From an uncultured cyanobacterium (GTDB lineage Bacteria; Cyanobacteriota; Cyanobacteriia; Phormidesmidales; Phormidesmidaceae): DNA of 64,000 nt. Below are positions 10,111 to 20,215 of the stretch, piece after piece. Position numbers and translations under genes: made by a program. Position 1 is the stretch's first letter. Each line of letters starts with the position of its first letter. The stretch is from NCBI GenBank assembly GCA_963793265.1, contig CAWBZI010000001.1, forward strand, positions 352,001 to 416,000, read 5' to 3'. The notes beneath the pieces were generated by a model that saw only the letters and a program-made list of their open reading frames with translations, was not told the origin of the DNA and did no database searches.

Positions 10111-11152
10111 ATGCATGACAGCAATCCTTTCTTTGAGTTGCCTTATGTGTCTGCTTTAGCCTCTCTAGGCGATGATTTTTACGATTATGTTCAACCGGCT
10201 TATTTTCCTCAGTCGCTACTTCGCTTTCGTAATGACAATCTGCTACTTCTGTTGGGATTAGTGCCAGAAAGAGTGAGCGATCGCCACTTTTCAGAAGCCT
10301 TTGGTCAATTCATCCAGCGCCCTCGCGCTGAGCCAGTAGATCAGGATCAAAGCCAACGTCATCCCTCGCAACGACAAACGGGCATGGCGCTGCGCTATCA
10401 CGGCTATCAATTTGGCCAATACAATCCTTACCTGGGCGATGGACGCGGTTTTCTCTATGGACAAGTGCGCATAGCCATCGACCGCATCGTAGATTTGGGC
10501 ACTAAAGGATCGGGCCGAACGCCCTACTCGCAAGGACTCGATGGCAGGATGACGCTACGGGGCGGCATTCGAGAAGTGCTCGCAGCAGAGGCGCTACAGG
10601 CGCTGGGCATACCGACCTCCCGGGTACTCAGTTTGATAGAGACCGGCGAGGCGATCGCTAGGACGGATGCCCATTCAGCTAGCCGTTCAGCGGTGATGGT
10701 GCGCCTGAGTCATTCGCATATCCGCTTCGGCACTTTCGAGCGGCTAGAGTACTTTGACCGCCCCGATCTCATTCGGCGGCTGCTCGATCATGTCATCACT
10801 TATTACTACAGTCACCTGCAAACATCGCCCGATAGAGATAGTTTGTTCTACGTTGAACTGGTGGAGCGCACGGCCTATTTAGTCGCTCGGTGGATGGCAG
10901 CGGGATTTTGCCATGGCGTAATGAATACCGAGTTTTTCTGGTAGCAGTTTGGCCGATGCGTTTAACCCCTGGAGGCGTCTCTATCACAAACTACTGCGCC
11001 AGCAGCCAGCCTCCGAAATGGACGCTGCCAGTCAGCGATTGAAGCGATACAACCTGGCAACACCCCTTTCGCAACCGGCGATCGCCTCCATTTGGCAGGC
11101 CATTGAGCAGGCTGATGACTGGCAGCTTTTTTTGAGGCGATCGCCAGCTTAA
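10111..11152 (+). pseudogene. selO: SelO/YdiU protein adenylyltransferase, deleted and frameshifted
   Basis: [31 protein letters not shown], then GFCHGVMNT breaks before the expected DN..DYGP; the C-terminal piece is in another frame (10949-11152). Confidence 0.85.
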
Positions 11153-11174
11153 AACAATTTTGTTAACTCTCTTG

Positions 11175-12800
11175 TTAAATGTTCAATGCCTGCTGTATGA
11201 GCTGACAATCTTTAGCGTTCAGGCTAAACCTTTCCTTCTCGACATCGCGAATCCAGCTTTGGCTTTTACCGATACGATTGGCTAAGGCACGTTGACTCAG
11301 CTTGTTTTGCTGACGCGCTGCTTTAATGGTATCGCCAGAGAGTAAAGGGGACGATGCTCTGGTAGGAGAAGAAGATCTTTTGGTACGAGACTTCGTGCTA
11401 GCCTGGCTGCTGCGGCGCTTAGAACCGCTACGATGCATCACCTGCTGCCAATCTGCGGAAAGTTCGAACCCTTGCAACCGGGCATTGAGCAAGCGCTGCC
11501 ATTTATCTCTAGGTGCATTGTCCATCAGCGATCGGTTCGCCTGGTCAGACCAAAAGTCTATTGCTTCATCAACATCATCTGGAATTAGACAAGCCTTGGC
11601 CCATAGCGGCTGAATATCGAGTGGGTATGTTTCAGGATCGAAGATGGGTTTTAGACCATGATGGTAGATAGCTTCTAGATCGCCTTCAAATGTTTTGAGC
11701 AGTCGCTTGTGTGCGCCTCTTACCGTTGTCGCTTCTAACAACCGAGCCTCGCCGTAAGCAACGCGCAGTAGGGTACGTATCGTCAGACGATGATCGCCGC
11801 CTAGCCGCAGCTTGAACAGCAGCCAGAGGAGAAGCCGAGCAGCGCCTTCATGCTGTTGCCAGTTGCTCATGACTTCTGCGATTAGCGCATGCGGCAAGCT
11901 GCCATATTGAAAAAAGGCGGTTTGATGGCGGTAGTCTTGTCGATTGAGAAAGTGCTTTGCCCACTGACCCGGTCGCAGGGTGAAGCTCATGCCAATCAGG
12001 TGCTGACAGCCCTGCGCGTCTTCTTCAAAATAGTATTGTGTATGTAGCAGATTCCAAATGGGTTGTTCTTCTAGCGCGAATTCTCGAACCTTTCCTTGGC
12101 GGGGCCAATCGAGCGATACCAGGAGCCGAGTGCACTGATACACTAGCGACTTTACTAAGGTAAGCTTCTGTAGTTTGGTGAGATCTTTGCGCTTGTCGAG
12201 ACCCAGATACTTTTCGATATGCTGATCGTTTATTTCAAAGGGGTCTTCCCACGGGCATTCCAACGTTATTGCATAGGCGGCGAAAATGAGATGGACGCAG
12301 GCCGCGCGAATGTCGAACTGGGCGATCGCCTCGCGAGCTGCTTCTGCTGACATGGGCATAAGCGCATTCAATTCGGGATCGGTGGCCAGGCGAAACCGCA
12401 TTTCTCCCCGGTTGTGGTTGACGGAGCGACGGTAGCAAAGCTTACCTGTAGCATCACTTTTCCAGGGCAGTAGGTGTCGCTGAGATAGCACCGTACAAGC
12501 TTCCCAAATCACCATTGAGGAGGCGAAAGGCGTTGTTTTACCATTGATAAAGATACTGGGAATTGCAGGCGGAAGAAGCGTACTTTTGCAGCGTCCTTTC
12601 TTCGCCTGGAGCGGCGTTAAATTGTCTCTATCGTCACAGACTGCCACGCATCGGGGAACGTCTACATCGGGGCAGCTATTGCAAAGGGTCGGATCGATCC
12701 AATACCCTTCGCGCTCGTTCGAAGGCTTAATAGCACCGCTTAAGCACTGAGGGTGACAGCTATCGCAGTCATGGCAACCCTCCTTGATGGTGTAAACCAT
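11175..12800 (-). CDS. cnfR: CnfR/PatB nif transcriptional activator (copy B)
   Basis: CHDCDSCHPQC..CNSC..CVAVC ferredoxin motif and XRE HTH (KSQSWIRDVE); colinear with copy A. Confidence 0.9.
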   Translation of the reverse strand: MVYTIKEGCHDCDSCHPQCLSGAIKPSNEREGYWIDPTLCNSCPDVDVPRCVAVCDDRDNLTPLQAKKGRCKSTLLPPAIPSIFINGKTTPFASSMVIWEACTVLSQRHLLPWKSDATGKLCYRRSVNHNRGEMRFRLATDPELNALMPMSAEAAREAIAQFDIRAACVHLIFAAYAITLECPWEDPFEINDQHIEKYLGLDKRKDLTKLQKLTLVKSLVYQCTRLLVSLDWPRQGKVREFALEEQPIWNLLHTQYYFEEDAQGCQHLIGMSFTLRPGQWAKHFLNRQDYRHQTAFFQYGSLPHALIAEVMSNWQQHEGAARLLLWLLFKLRLGGDHRLTIRTLLRVAYGEARLLEATTVRGAHKRLLKTFEGDLEAIYHHGLKPIFDPETYPLDIQPLWAKACLIPDDVDEAIDFWSDQANRSLMDNAPRDKWQRLLNARLQGFELSADWQQVMHRSGSKRRSSQASTKSRTKRSSSPTRASSPLLSGDTIKAARQQNKLSQRALANRIGKSQSWIRDVEKERFSLNAKDCQLIQQALNI

Positions 12801-12915
12801 GGGTCAACATCGATTGAATACCCATTGGAGCATATTCGTATGCTATGAGACGTTGTTGTTAAAAATGTCGTAAGAAAGGTCTTTAAAATCAGTGTGAAAA
12901 TTGTCTCCAATGTAT

Positions 12916-12978
12916 TAGGTATAACAATCTGATATGGGGCGTTCTATGCCGTGCGATACGGTTTAATGTTTTCTTTAT
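12916..12978 (-). promoter_or_regulatory. Conserved cnfR promoter element, copy B
   Basis: TAGGTATAACAA-N14-TTCTAT-N6-CGATAC-N-GTTTAAT-N-TTTTCTTTAT, as at 9167. Confidence 0.65.
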
Positions 12979-13063
12979 TATTTTGTTCAGGGTTTCTTGA
13001 AATTTGCGATCTGATTAGCGATCTTCGTTTAAGATCAAAGTGTTGTCTAATGTCTAGATATCT

Positions 13064-13121
13064 TGATTGAATGTATCTGATTGAATGTATCTGATTGAAT
13101 GTATCTGATTGAACATATCTG
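13064..13121 (+). repeat. 14-bp tandem repeat TGATTGAATGTATC x4
   Basis: Units at 13064, 13078, 13092 and 13106 (last has 2 mismatches). Confidence 0.9.
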
Positions 13122-13147
13122 GCTTGGATGTTTTAGTGAGGTCACCG

Positions 13148-13462
13148 ATGAACGTATCGACGACTGAGGCCGAACGGTTAGCCATCGACTTTTTAGTAGA
13201 AGATTTAGAGGTTCCTGAAGCAGACCGAGATTTTTTCTCTGTTATAACTGCGCGACAAACGGAGAATGACTGGTGCGTTGTGGAGATTGGTGTGGCAGGT
13301 TTGCCCGATAAGTGGGTGCTACAAGTTTTTGATACGGGGATATGCGATCCCTGCTATACCTTTATTTCTCCGATGCCGAAAGGAGAGGATGCAGACCTAG
13401 CAGAATTTCCAGACCGGATTGCTCAAGTCGTGGCCATAGAACGATCAGGCAAGTCGCCTTAA
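13148..13462 (+). CDS. Hypothetical acidic protein with CDPC motif
   Basis: Clean ORF; ATG 13148 follows GAGG. Confidence 0.7.
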   Translation: MNVSTTEAERLAIDFLVEDLEVPEADRDFFSVITARQTENDWCVVEIGVAGLPDKWVLQVFDTGICDPCYTFISPMPKGEDADLAEFPDRIAQVVAIERSGKSP

Positions 13463-13693
13463 GTGCGGCTTTGGTCTAACGAGGTTCGGGCTATATGCTA
13501 TCGAATCCGTGTTTTGTAGTCTGCGCTACCGGACACATGCAAGAACCGTAGGCAAAATAGTGAAAGTAAGCATTATGAAGTTAACATGGCTAAGCGCTGT
13601 GGCGATCGCTAAGGGACGTCCTTAGGATGAAGTAGATTAGGCCGGGCCGTTTGGACAGGGCCGTTTAAACAGGGTGGTTTGGACAAGATAGCT

Positions 13694-14425
13694 TTAGAGA
13701 GTCGTTTGAGAAAAGTGTTTTGCCAGTAAAGCAGGCACATCTCTAGGGTTAATTCCGTTGTAGCGATGCCCTCCGGGCATGATGGTTAGCCCAGGGGCTT
13801 TTGAACATTGTTTTTGACAGCCAGTATATTGAATCTCAACGGCGTTTTCTAACTGCTGCGCTCGTAGCGTTCTCTCTAAAGCTTCTACCAACTGCCTGCC
13901 GCCTCGTTTTTTACAGCCAGACTTGTGACAAACCATAACTTTGCCTTTGGGTTTGTCTGTTAGCCTATCTGTTAGCCTAATGGGCTCGATTAAAGCATGA
14001 GCATGCGTAAAGAGACAGTAGGCTTTGAGCTGAATGACGCCTGCCGAGAAATCGAGCTGACTGCGACCGATACATCGCACGCGATCGCCTAGCTGCAAAG
14101 TTCGCCGCCGCACCGCTTGCTTGATCGCGTTGCTCAAGTTATTAGGAAGCTCTATGGCCATCTTCTCTCGATCGATCTCTAAGACAATGGCACTTACGTT
14201 TTCTGGTGGTTCGCCGAGTAGACCCAGAAAGACACCTTCCTCGTTAAATATCCAGGGCATGAGCGGCTTGTTGTTTAACTCAGCGTCTAATGCAATATCT
14301 GATACGACTTCTGGCAAAGCGTCTATGGTGCTGGGGGATGTCTTTAATTTCGCACTTGGGTTAATACTCTTCATGGGCTTGGCCCTCCTAGGGGTTCCTA
14401 ATGGCTGTAGAGCATGGGCTAACAA
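13694..14425 (-). CDS. Thioredoxin-like (2Fe-2S) ferredoxin domain protein
   Basis: C-terminal VCHKSGC...GCQKQCSKAP; alternative start 14374. Confidence 0.85.
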   Translation of the reverse strand: MLAHALQPLGTPRRAKPMKSINPSAKLKTSPSTIDALPEVVSDIALDAELNNKPLMPWIFNEEGVFLGLLGEPPENVSAIVLEIDREKMAIELPNNLSNAIKQAVRRRTLQLGDRVRCIGRSQLDFSAGVIQLKAYCLFTHAHALIEPIRLTDRLTDKPKGKVMVCHKSGCKKRGGRQLVEALERTLRAQQLENAVEIQYTGCQKQCSKAPGLTIMPGGHRYNGINPRDVPALLAKHFSQTTL

Positions 14426-14432
14426 AAGCTGG

Positions 14433-14636
14433 CTAGTTTACGCGTCTAGCTCGAATGGTTTGAGGGGTTTCGATTGGATCGGTTAAACCTTCCACGCGTA
14501 GATCCCAGCCGTTGTCTAACGTGAGAATTTGAGCACCTTCAGTATCGGTTTGTTTAATGACTTCTTGCTCTAAGTCTTTTTTGGCAACGTAAACCATTAG
14601 TTTTCCAGCGCGGTCGGTATGCAGCATAATTTTCAT
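14433..14636 (-). CDS. nifT: NifT/FixU
   Basis: MKIML...VYVAKKDLEQEV...LDNGW. Confidence 0.92.
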   Translation of the reverse strand: MKIMLHTDRAGKLMVYVAKKDLEQEVIKQTDTEGAQILTLDNGWDLRVEGLTDPIETPQTIRARRVN

Positions 14637-14678
14637 GGGGCGTTCCTTGTGAGGGTTTCTTTTCTGAGAGGCTTTCAC

Positions 14679-15812
14679 TCAAGATCTTTTGGCAGCGATC
14701 GCCAGTAGTTCATCTAACGTAAGGCTGCGCTTAAGCTGAGTGGCTAAGTCGCGCACTTCGTTCAGCACGGACTGACTATTAGCCCCTGCGGTCGCCAGTC
14801 CGTGACTGTTCAAAAACTGATCTACCGAATGACGACCCGAGTGTTTGCCCATGGGTAGCTGCCGCTGCCAGCCGACGTCTTCTGGGTCAAAAGGCTCATA
14901 AGTACTTGGGTTTGCCAGCACCCCATGAGCATGTATGCCAGACTCATGGGCAAAAGCGTTGTTGCCTACAATCGCTTTCCAGGGAGGAACCGGGCAGTTC
15001 ACAGCTTTGGCAACTGAGCGAGAGAGTTCTAACAAGTGCTGAGTTTGAATGCCCGTTTTAAGACTGTAGATTTGCTTGAGCGCCATGACGACTTCTTCTA
15101 AGGCGGCATTCCCAGCACGTTCTCCTAACCCGTTGACGGTCGTGTTAATAGACGTTGCACCCGCTCGCACGCCAGCGATCGCATTTGCTGTCGCTAGACC
15201 CAAATCGTTATGCGTGTGCATCTCTACCGGAATCTCTAATGCGGCGACCAGCTTTTTGACCTTTTCAAATGTCGTAAAGGGGTCGAGAATGCCCACCGTG
15301 TCACAAAAGCGAAAGCGAAACGCGCCCCACTCTTGAGCAAACTGGGCCGCATCGATCAAGAACTGTTCGTCAGCGCGAGCGCTATCTTCGCCGCCTACGC
15401 TGATCTCCAACCCGTGGTCAAGAGAGAAGTTTATACAGTCTCGCAGCTGTTGCAGCATGGCATGCCAGCGCCCCTGAAATTTGACCTGAATCTGGATCTC
15501 AGATAAGGGGATAGAGATATGTACCCGTTTTAGGCCGCAGTGAATAGACGCTTGAATATCCGAGATGACGGCCCGGTTCCATCCCAAGATGGAGGCATTG
15601 AGGCCAAGGTCGGCGATCGCTCGAATAGATTGGGCTTCTTCTTGTCCCATAGCAGGAATGCCCACTTCTAGTTCCTGTACGCCGATAGCGTCGAGAAATT
15701 TTGCGATCGCAACTTTCTCTTCTAGCCCAAAGGCGACGCCCGCAGCCTGTTCGCCATCTCGTAGGGTCGTATCGTTAATGTAAACGTTGTCAACAAACAT
15801 CTGGTCGGCCAT
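14679..15812 (-). CDS. nifV: Homocitrate synthase
   Basis: [32 protein letters not shown]; nif context. Confidence 0.95.
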   Translation of the reverse strand: MADQMFVDNVYINDTTLRDGEQAAGVAFGLEEKVAIAKFLDAIGVQELEVGIPAMGQEEAQSIRAIADLGLNASILGWNRAVISDIQASIHCGLKRVHISIPLSEIQIQVKFQGRWHAMLQQLRDCINFSLDHGLEISVGGEDSARADEQFLIDAAQFAQEWGAFRFRFCDTVGILDPFTTFEKVKKLVAALEIPVEMHTHNDLGLATANAIAGVRAGATSINTTVNGLGERAGNAALEEVVMALKQIYSLKTGIQTQHLLELSRSVAKAVNCPVPPWKAIVGNNAFAHESGIHAHGVLANPSTYEPFDPEDVGWQRQLPMGKHSGRHSVDQFLNSHGLATAGANSQSVLNEVRDLATQLKRSLTLDELLAIAAKRS

Positions 15813-15945
15813 CTGATGGGTTCCTAGTTGGGCGCGTCAACAATAAGAAAAACAAAGCTGAGAAGAACAAAGCTGAGAAAAACAAGACTCCCCTTTGAAT
15901 AAAAGGGGTGAATAAAAAGGGGAGCAAGTGAGGCAATCGGCTTAG

Positions 15946-16503
15946 CTACTTCAAGAAGGCAAAGGTGAGACTGTCTTCAGACAAAAAGTGATCTAGATGG
16001 AAGGCTCTATCTTCTGTCTCTAGCAGAATTTGCTCGTAGAGATAGCGAGTAGCGCGATCGCCCACGCTTTCTGCCTGCGTAGACAGCCGACGCAACAGAG
16101 AGATAACAGCCTGTTCAGCGACCAGATCGTTTTCAATCATCTGCCGACAAACGTAAGCGCCATCAGGCTCCATCTCAAAGCAGCATAGATCTGCTAGCGT
16201 TGCGAAAGACCCAGCCGGAATGCCCCCTAGCCCATTTAACCGTTCAGCCAGGTCATGGGCATGGCCTTGGGTTGTACCATAGCTCTCTTGAAAAAACTCG
16301 TGAATGGAATAAAATTCGGCCCCCTCAGTGACAAAGTGTTGCTTTTGATACTGTAGATATAGACCTTGAAAACTAGCGTAGGCCAGGTTTAGCCCTTCGC
16401 AGACGGGGATGGTGACGTCTCTTTCAAAGCCGACGGGGTTGGGGCCAACGTCGCCAAATGCGCGAACCAGCGTTTGAACAGATTGAACCGTTTGAGTAGT
16501 CAT
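15946..16503 (-). CDS. dpsA: Dps/ferritin-like protein
   Basis: [41 protein letters not shown]. Confidence 0.88.
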   Translation of the reverse strand: MTTQTVQSVQTLVRAFGDVGPNPVGFERDVTIPVCEGLNLAYASFQGLYLQYQKQHFVTEGAEFYSIHEFFQESYGTTQGHAHDLAERLNGLGGIPAGSFATLADLCCFEMEPDGAYVCRQMIENDLVAEQAVISLLRRLSTQAESVGDRATRYLYEQILLETEDRAFHLDHFLSEDSLTFAFLK

Positions 16504-16694
16504 AGGGTTTATTTCTCGCAAGTAAAAGATGAGTAGCGTTAAAATGAACAGATTAAGGTAAGTGCTTTGAGATGAACTGTTTCAATGAACACTTTTCTAT
16601 GAAAAAATCTCTTAAAAAAGTGTTTTTAGCAGGCCATCTCAGGCGAACGATTTAAAGGAAACAAGCTGCAAAGAACACTATTTAAAGGCGAGAT

Positions 16695-16976
16695 TCAGGG
16701 TACGGCAGGAACCGCAGCCTGAGTTTCCCAGCAGCGCTCTAGCCAGGCGGCACTAGCCTGACGCGGTAGCGTGAATCTTCGTACCACGCTGTTGACCAGC
16801 AAGAGGGCAATCGCGTGGTTAACTTCGACTCTTAGGGTGCCATCGATTGGGCAGGCACAGGGCACATTGAGTTCTTGCAAGCGGAGATTGATCGACCAGC
16901 GATCGCTTCGCGAGACTGAGACAATTTTCCCCTCTGTAGAGACAGTCGAAGGAACGGCAGAGGTAGACTTATCCAT
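16695..16976 (-). CDS. Asr1405/Asl0597 family protein
   Basis: [16 protein letters not shown]...WLERCW. Confidence 0.8.
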   Translation of the reverse strand: MDKSTSAVPSTVSTEGKIVSVSRSDRWSINLRLQELNVPCACPIDGTLRVEVNHAIALLLVNSVVRRFTLPRQASAAWLERCWETQAAVPAVP

Positions 16977-17733
16977 AGGATTGATACTCCAAAGTTGATA
17001 GAGGTGGACGAGTAAACTTTTTGAGACTTTGTAGCTGGCCTTCTAGTCGTTCGATGCGAGACAGGAGGCGCTGTAGCGTGACGGCTTCAATATCAGGTAG
17101 GTGAGAGTGTTCTAGGGGATTAAGGGCCGTATTGCACTCGCAGACATTGCGACTGGGAATGCCAACGGCGGTGCAGTCAACGGGCACATTTTTTAAAACA
17201 ACAGAACCGGCACCAATGCGGGCGCGATCGCCAATATGAATGTTGCCGAGGACTTTTGCGCCCGAGCCGATGACCACTCGGCTGCCTACGGTAGGATGGC
17301 ATTTGCCACTCTCTTTGCCCGTGCCGCCTAGCGTTACACCCTGATAAATCAGCGTGTAGTCGCCCACGATAGCCGTTTCACCAATTACAACGCCCATACC
17401 ATGATCGATAAAAACGCCTGCGCCTAGCTGAGCGCTGGGATGAATTTCGATACCTGTGAAGCAGCGGGCGAGGTGAGAGATGAAGCGAGGGAAGAAGGGA
17501 ACGGCTTGGTGGTGAAGCCAGTGGGCTAGGCGATGAGCTGCGATCGCGTGGAGCCCTGGATAGCAAAGTAGGACTTCTAACCCACTTCGTGCAGCCGGGT
17601 CTCGCTCAAAGATAATTGAAAAGTCTTTCCAGAGAGGGCACTGCTGCACCCTGAGACATACCTGAAGGAGAAGCTGAGGACAGGGGTAGTGCCTGGGAAA
17701 TCTCTTAAGGATGCTTTGAAGAGAGAGTAACAT
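16969..17733 (-). CDS. cysE: Serine O-acetyltransferase (NifP/CysE)
   Basis: [40 protein letters not shown]. Confidence 0.95.
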   Translation of the reverse strand: MLLSLQSILKRFPRHYPCPQLLLQVCLRVQQCPLWKDFSIIFERDPAARSGLEVLLCYPGLHAIAAHRLAHWLHHQAVPFFPRFISHLARCFTGIEIHPSAQLGAGVFIDHGMGVVIGETAIVGDYTLIYQGVTLGGTGKESGKCHPTVGSRVVIGSGAKVLGNIHIGDRARIGAGSVVLKNVPVDCTAVGIPSRNVCECNTALNPLEHSHLPDIEAVTLQRLLSRIERLEGQLQSLKKFTRPPLSTLEYQSYG

Positions 17734-17770
17734 GGCACGCGGTGGGGCTGGGGTGTCTTTGTTTGTCTGT

Positions 17771-18033
17771 TTATAGCAACCGCGTTTTGTAGGGGCGATC
17801 GCAACCGCCCAATCCAGATTTACTAGAACTATTAATCTTGTACTCAGAGCGTGAAGCGCCCCGTCTGTAGGAATCTTGGAAAACTTATAGGCTGGGGAAC
17901 GAGTATTTCGGCTTACAGGCGCAGGTATTTCAAACGGTAGGGACAGGTATTGTGTACTCAGGGCGAAAGCGGCTGCCTGCGGTGACTAGAGAGAGATTTG
18001 CCTGGGATGACAAAAGACGTCCAACTGTACTCA
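17771..18033 (-). promoter_or_regulatory. nifP promoter: TGAGTACA array and extended -10 (CnfR-type)
   Basis: TGTACTCA at 17839, 17953 and 18026; inverted CGAGTAT at 17900; TTGCTATAA on minus at 17779-17771. Confidence 0.75.
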
Positions 18034-18161
18034 CCGCTAAGCTTTTTGAGGGGCGCATCCATATTTCTGTTGAACAAACCGTAACAGAGGATGCAAAACG
18101 CTGGATGTTTTTTGAAAAAACTCAACAATATTCGCAGATTTCATGACATGAGACTTTTTAC

Positions 18162-19403
18162 TCATGGTTGCGGTAATGACTGCTCGCGTTTGAGCCAACA
18201 GCTCGCGGCGATGATGCCGAAAACTGCCAGGAGTGCCATGGGATAAAACGCATAGGTGTATGAGCCGAACCAGTCGCGAATTTGGCCTGTTGTTAGCGTC
18301 CCTAGCAAGGCCCCGGTTCCATAAGCTGTGAAGACCAGCCCATAGTTTTGCGCGTAGTGTTCGGGGTCGAAGAACTGGAGGGTGATGGTGGGGGCGATCG
18401 CTAGCCAGCCGCCTAAGCAAAACCAGAATAAACAAAAGGAGAATAGATAAGTGGTGACCTGGCCAGCCTGCGCATTGGCCATTAAGAGACTGGCAATCAG
18501 AATTAGCACGTAGGTAGAGATAGCGACGTATTGGGGTTTGAAGCGATCGCTCAGCCAGCCAAAGAGCGGGCGGCTAATGCCGTTGAATAGCGCAAAGAGG
18601 GAGACGCTGCTGGCAGCTAGTCCAGGGTTAATTTTGATAATCTCTTCTCCTACAGGACTCGAAATGCCGATGGCGCTTAGCCCAATTAGCGTACCGACTG
18701 CGTAGCATAGCCAGAGGCCGTAGAAAGAACGGCTAGAGAGCAGCTTTTTCGGATAGGGTTTAATCCGGGCGGCCTGCGCCTGGCGGGAGATCTTGCGTGG
18801 GGGCTGCCAGTCTTCGGGGGGGAACTTGAGCGTAAGGGCGATCGCCGGAATGATGAGTGCGAAGGCAATCCCTAAAATTCGCAGCGTTGTTCTGACACCA
18901 TAGGTACCCATAAGGCTGTTGGAGAGCGGCGCAGTGATTAAAGGGGAAAGCCCAAAGCCAACAATTGTGAGCCCTACCGCCAATCCTTTTTTGTCGGGGA
19001 ACCACTTGGCGACGACAGCCATAGGGACGCCGTAAGCGATGCCGACGCCAGTGCCAGCGACTACGCCATATGTGAGCATCAGCGTCAGAATATTCGTTGA
19101 GAAGCTAGCGAGAATATAGCCGAGTCCGACCAGGCTACCCCCAACAGCAGCCACTGTTCTAGGCCCGATTCGAGTAATGTAAAACCCTGCAATGGGCATC
19201 AGCGAGGCGTAAAAGAACAGTGAAAGCGTGTAGGGCAGTAAACTCTCTGTTGCACCGATACTCAGTTCGCTCTCCAGCGACTTTCTAAAAACACTCCAAG
19301 AATAAACGCTTCCCAAACAGAGAAGTACGCTCATGCCCAATAAAATCAACAGCCATCTTCCTTGAGCTGCTGGCAGTCCGAATACTTTGAGATCTGAAGA
19401 CAT
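18162..19403 (-). CDS. MFS transporter, OFA (oxalate/formate antiporter, monocarboxylate) family
   Basis: LGSVYSWSVF, KWFPDKKGLAVG, FNGISRPLFGWLSDR, QNYGLVFTAYG. Confidence 0.85.
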   Translation of the reverse strand: MSSDLKVFGLPAAQGRWLLILLGMSVLLCLGSVYSWSVFRKSLESELSIGATESLLPYTLSLFFYASLMPIAGFYITRIGPRTVAAVGGSLVGLGYILASFSTNILTLMLTYGVVAGTGVGIAYGVPMAVVAKWFPDKKGLAVGLTIVGFGLSPLITAPLSNSLMGTYGVRTTLRILGIAFALIIPAIALTLKFPPEDWQPPRKISRQAQAARIKPYPKKLLSSRSFYGLWLCYAVGTLIGLSAIGISSPVGEEIIKINPGLAASSVSLFALFNGISRPLFGWLSDRFKPQYVAISTYVLILIASLLMANAQAGQVTTYLFSFCLFWFCLGGWLAIAPTITLQFFDPEHYAQNYGLVFTAYGTGALLGTLTTGQIRDWFGSYTYAFYPMALLAVFGIIAASCWLKREQSLPQP

Positions 19404-19473
19404 CGTAAGTCCTAACGATAGAGCAACATCAAAAAAATCTAAGTCATAGCCATGTCGGTGCGACACCGCTGTT

Positions 19474-20022
19474 TTACAGGCCAAAATTCTCACGATAGAA
19501 AGGCACTTGCTTTAGTCGTTCGTAGTTTTGCGAAATAAACAACTCCATATCCGCTAGCATACGCCCCACCAAGTTCACCAGCGAATCGCTGGCCTGGTAA
19601 GGATAGACTTTTACAAATCGAGGCAGCATTTGACGAAAAACACTGTGATACGGAAAGTCGGCTTTAGGTAGCTCGCAAACTAAAGCTGCTCTGTCGCAAA
19701 CCGCAAGGGGCAGACGCTGAGCGCTTCTAACTTCAAATGAAATGGGAACAGCCGGTGCTATCCGTGGGCTGACGCTGAAAGGAGAGTCTTTGGGAAAGAT
19801 CAATCCGATTTCAAGACTATCAAAGTGAGCCACTATCTTTTGATCGTAAATCAACCAGCCTTGAGGTTGATATCTTCTTTGAGGAACCGTTACTGCCGCT
19901 GAGAATATCCATCGCTGGGCTTGTCTGCTTGTGGTCAACACCGCGATTTGAAACTGATTGAGGTCGGCGATCGCCACTTCATCAAACAGAGACTCTGGTT
20001 CTTGATCGGAAAAACTAACCAT
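19474..20022 (-). CDS. Hypothetical protein
   Basis: 182-aa ORF, ATG preceded by GAGG; family not recognised. Confidence 0.65.
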   Translation of the reverse strand: MVSFSDQEPESLFDEVAIADLNQFQIAVLTTSRQAQRWIFSAAVTVPQRRYQPQGWLIYDQKIVAHFDSLEIGLIFPKDSPFSVSPRIAPAVPISFEVRSAQRLPLAVCDRAALVCELPKADFPYHSVFRQMLPRFVKVYPYQASDSLVNLVGRMLADMELFISQNYERLKQVPFYRENFGL

Positions 20023-20134
20023 ACCGCAACCTCACTTTGTCTAATCCGTCGCTTCAGTGAGATGGTTTGGGGCAGAGGTTTTCACATTATTTAACGCAAA
20101 AAAGTAAATTCTGTCACCTAAAAAAACTCACTAT

Positions 20135-20148
20135 GTTATCGACGATAC
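20135..20148 (-). promoter_or_regulatory. NtcA-like site upstream of the hypothetical-OFA unit
   Basis: Minus strand tGTATCGTCGATAACa (GTA-N8-AAC), with CAGAAT 21 nt downstream. Confidence 0.5.
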
Positions 20149-20215
20149 AGACACCAACAACAGCTCGTTGGGTCACCTCTATATTATGTATCCAATTTAG
20201 CAAAATGAGCACTAT

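Noticed and set aside
13064..13121. CRISPR array (also considered at 2803 and 38108)
   Set aside because: Head-to-tail 14-18-bp units without spacers, and no cas genes.
17952..18146. 64-aa ORF, and the small ORFs at 20448-20930
   Set aside because: They overlap the promoter arrays or nifB leader and show no protein-like motifs.
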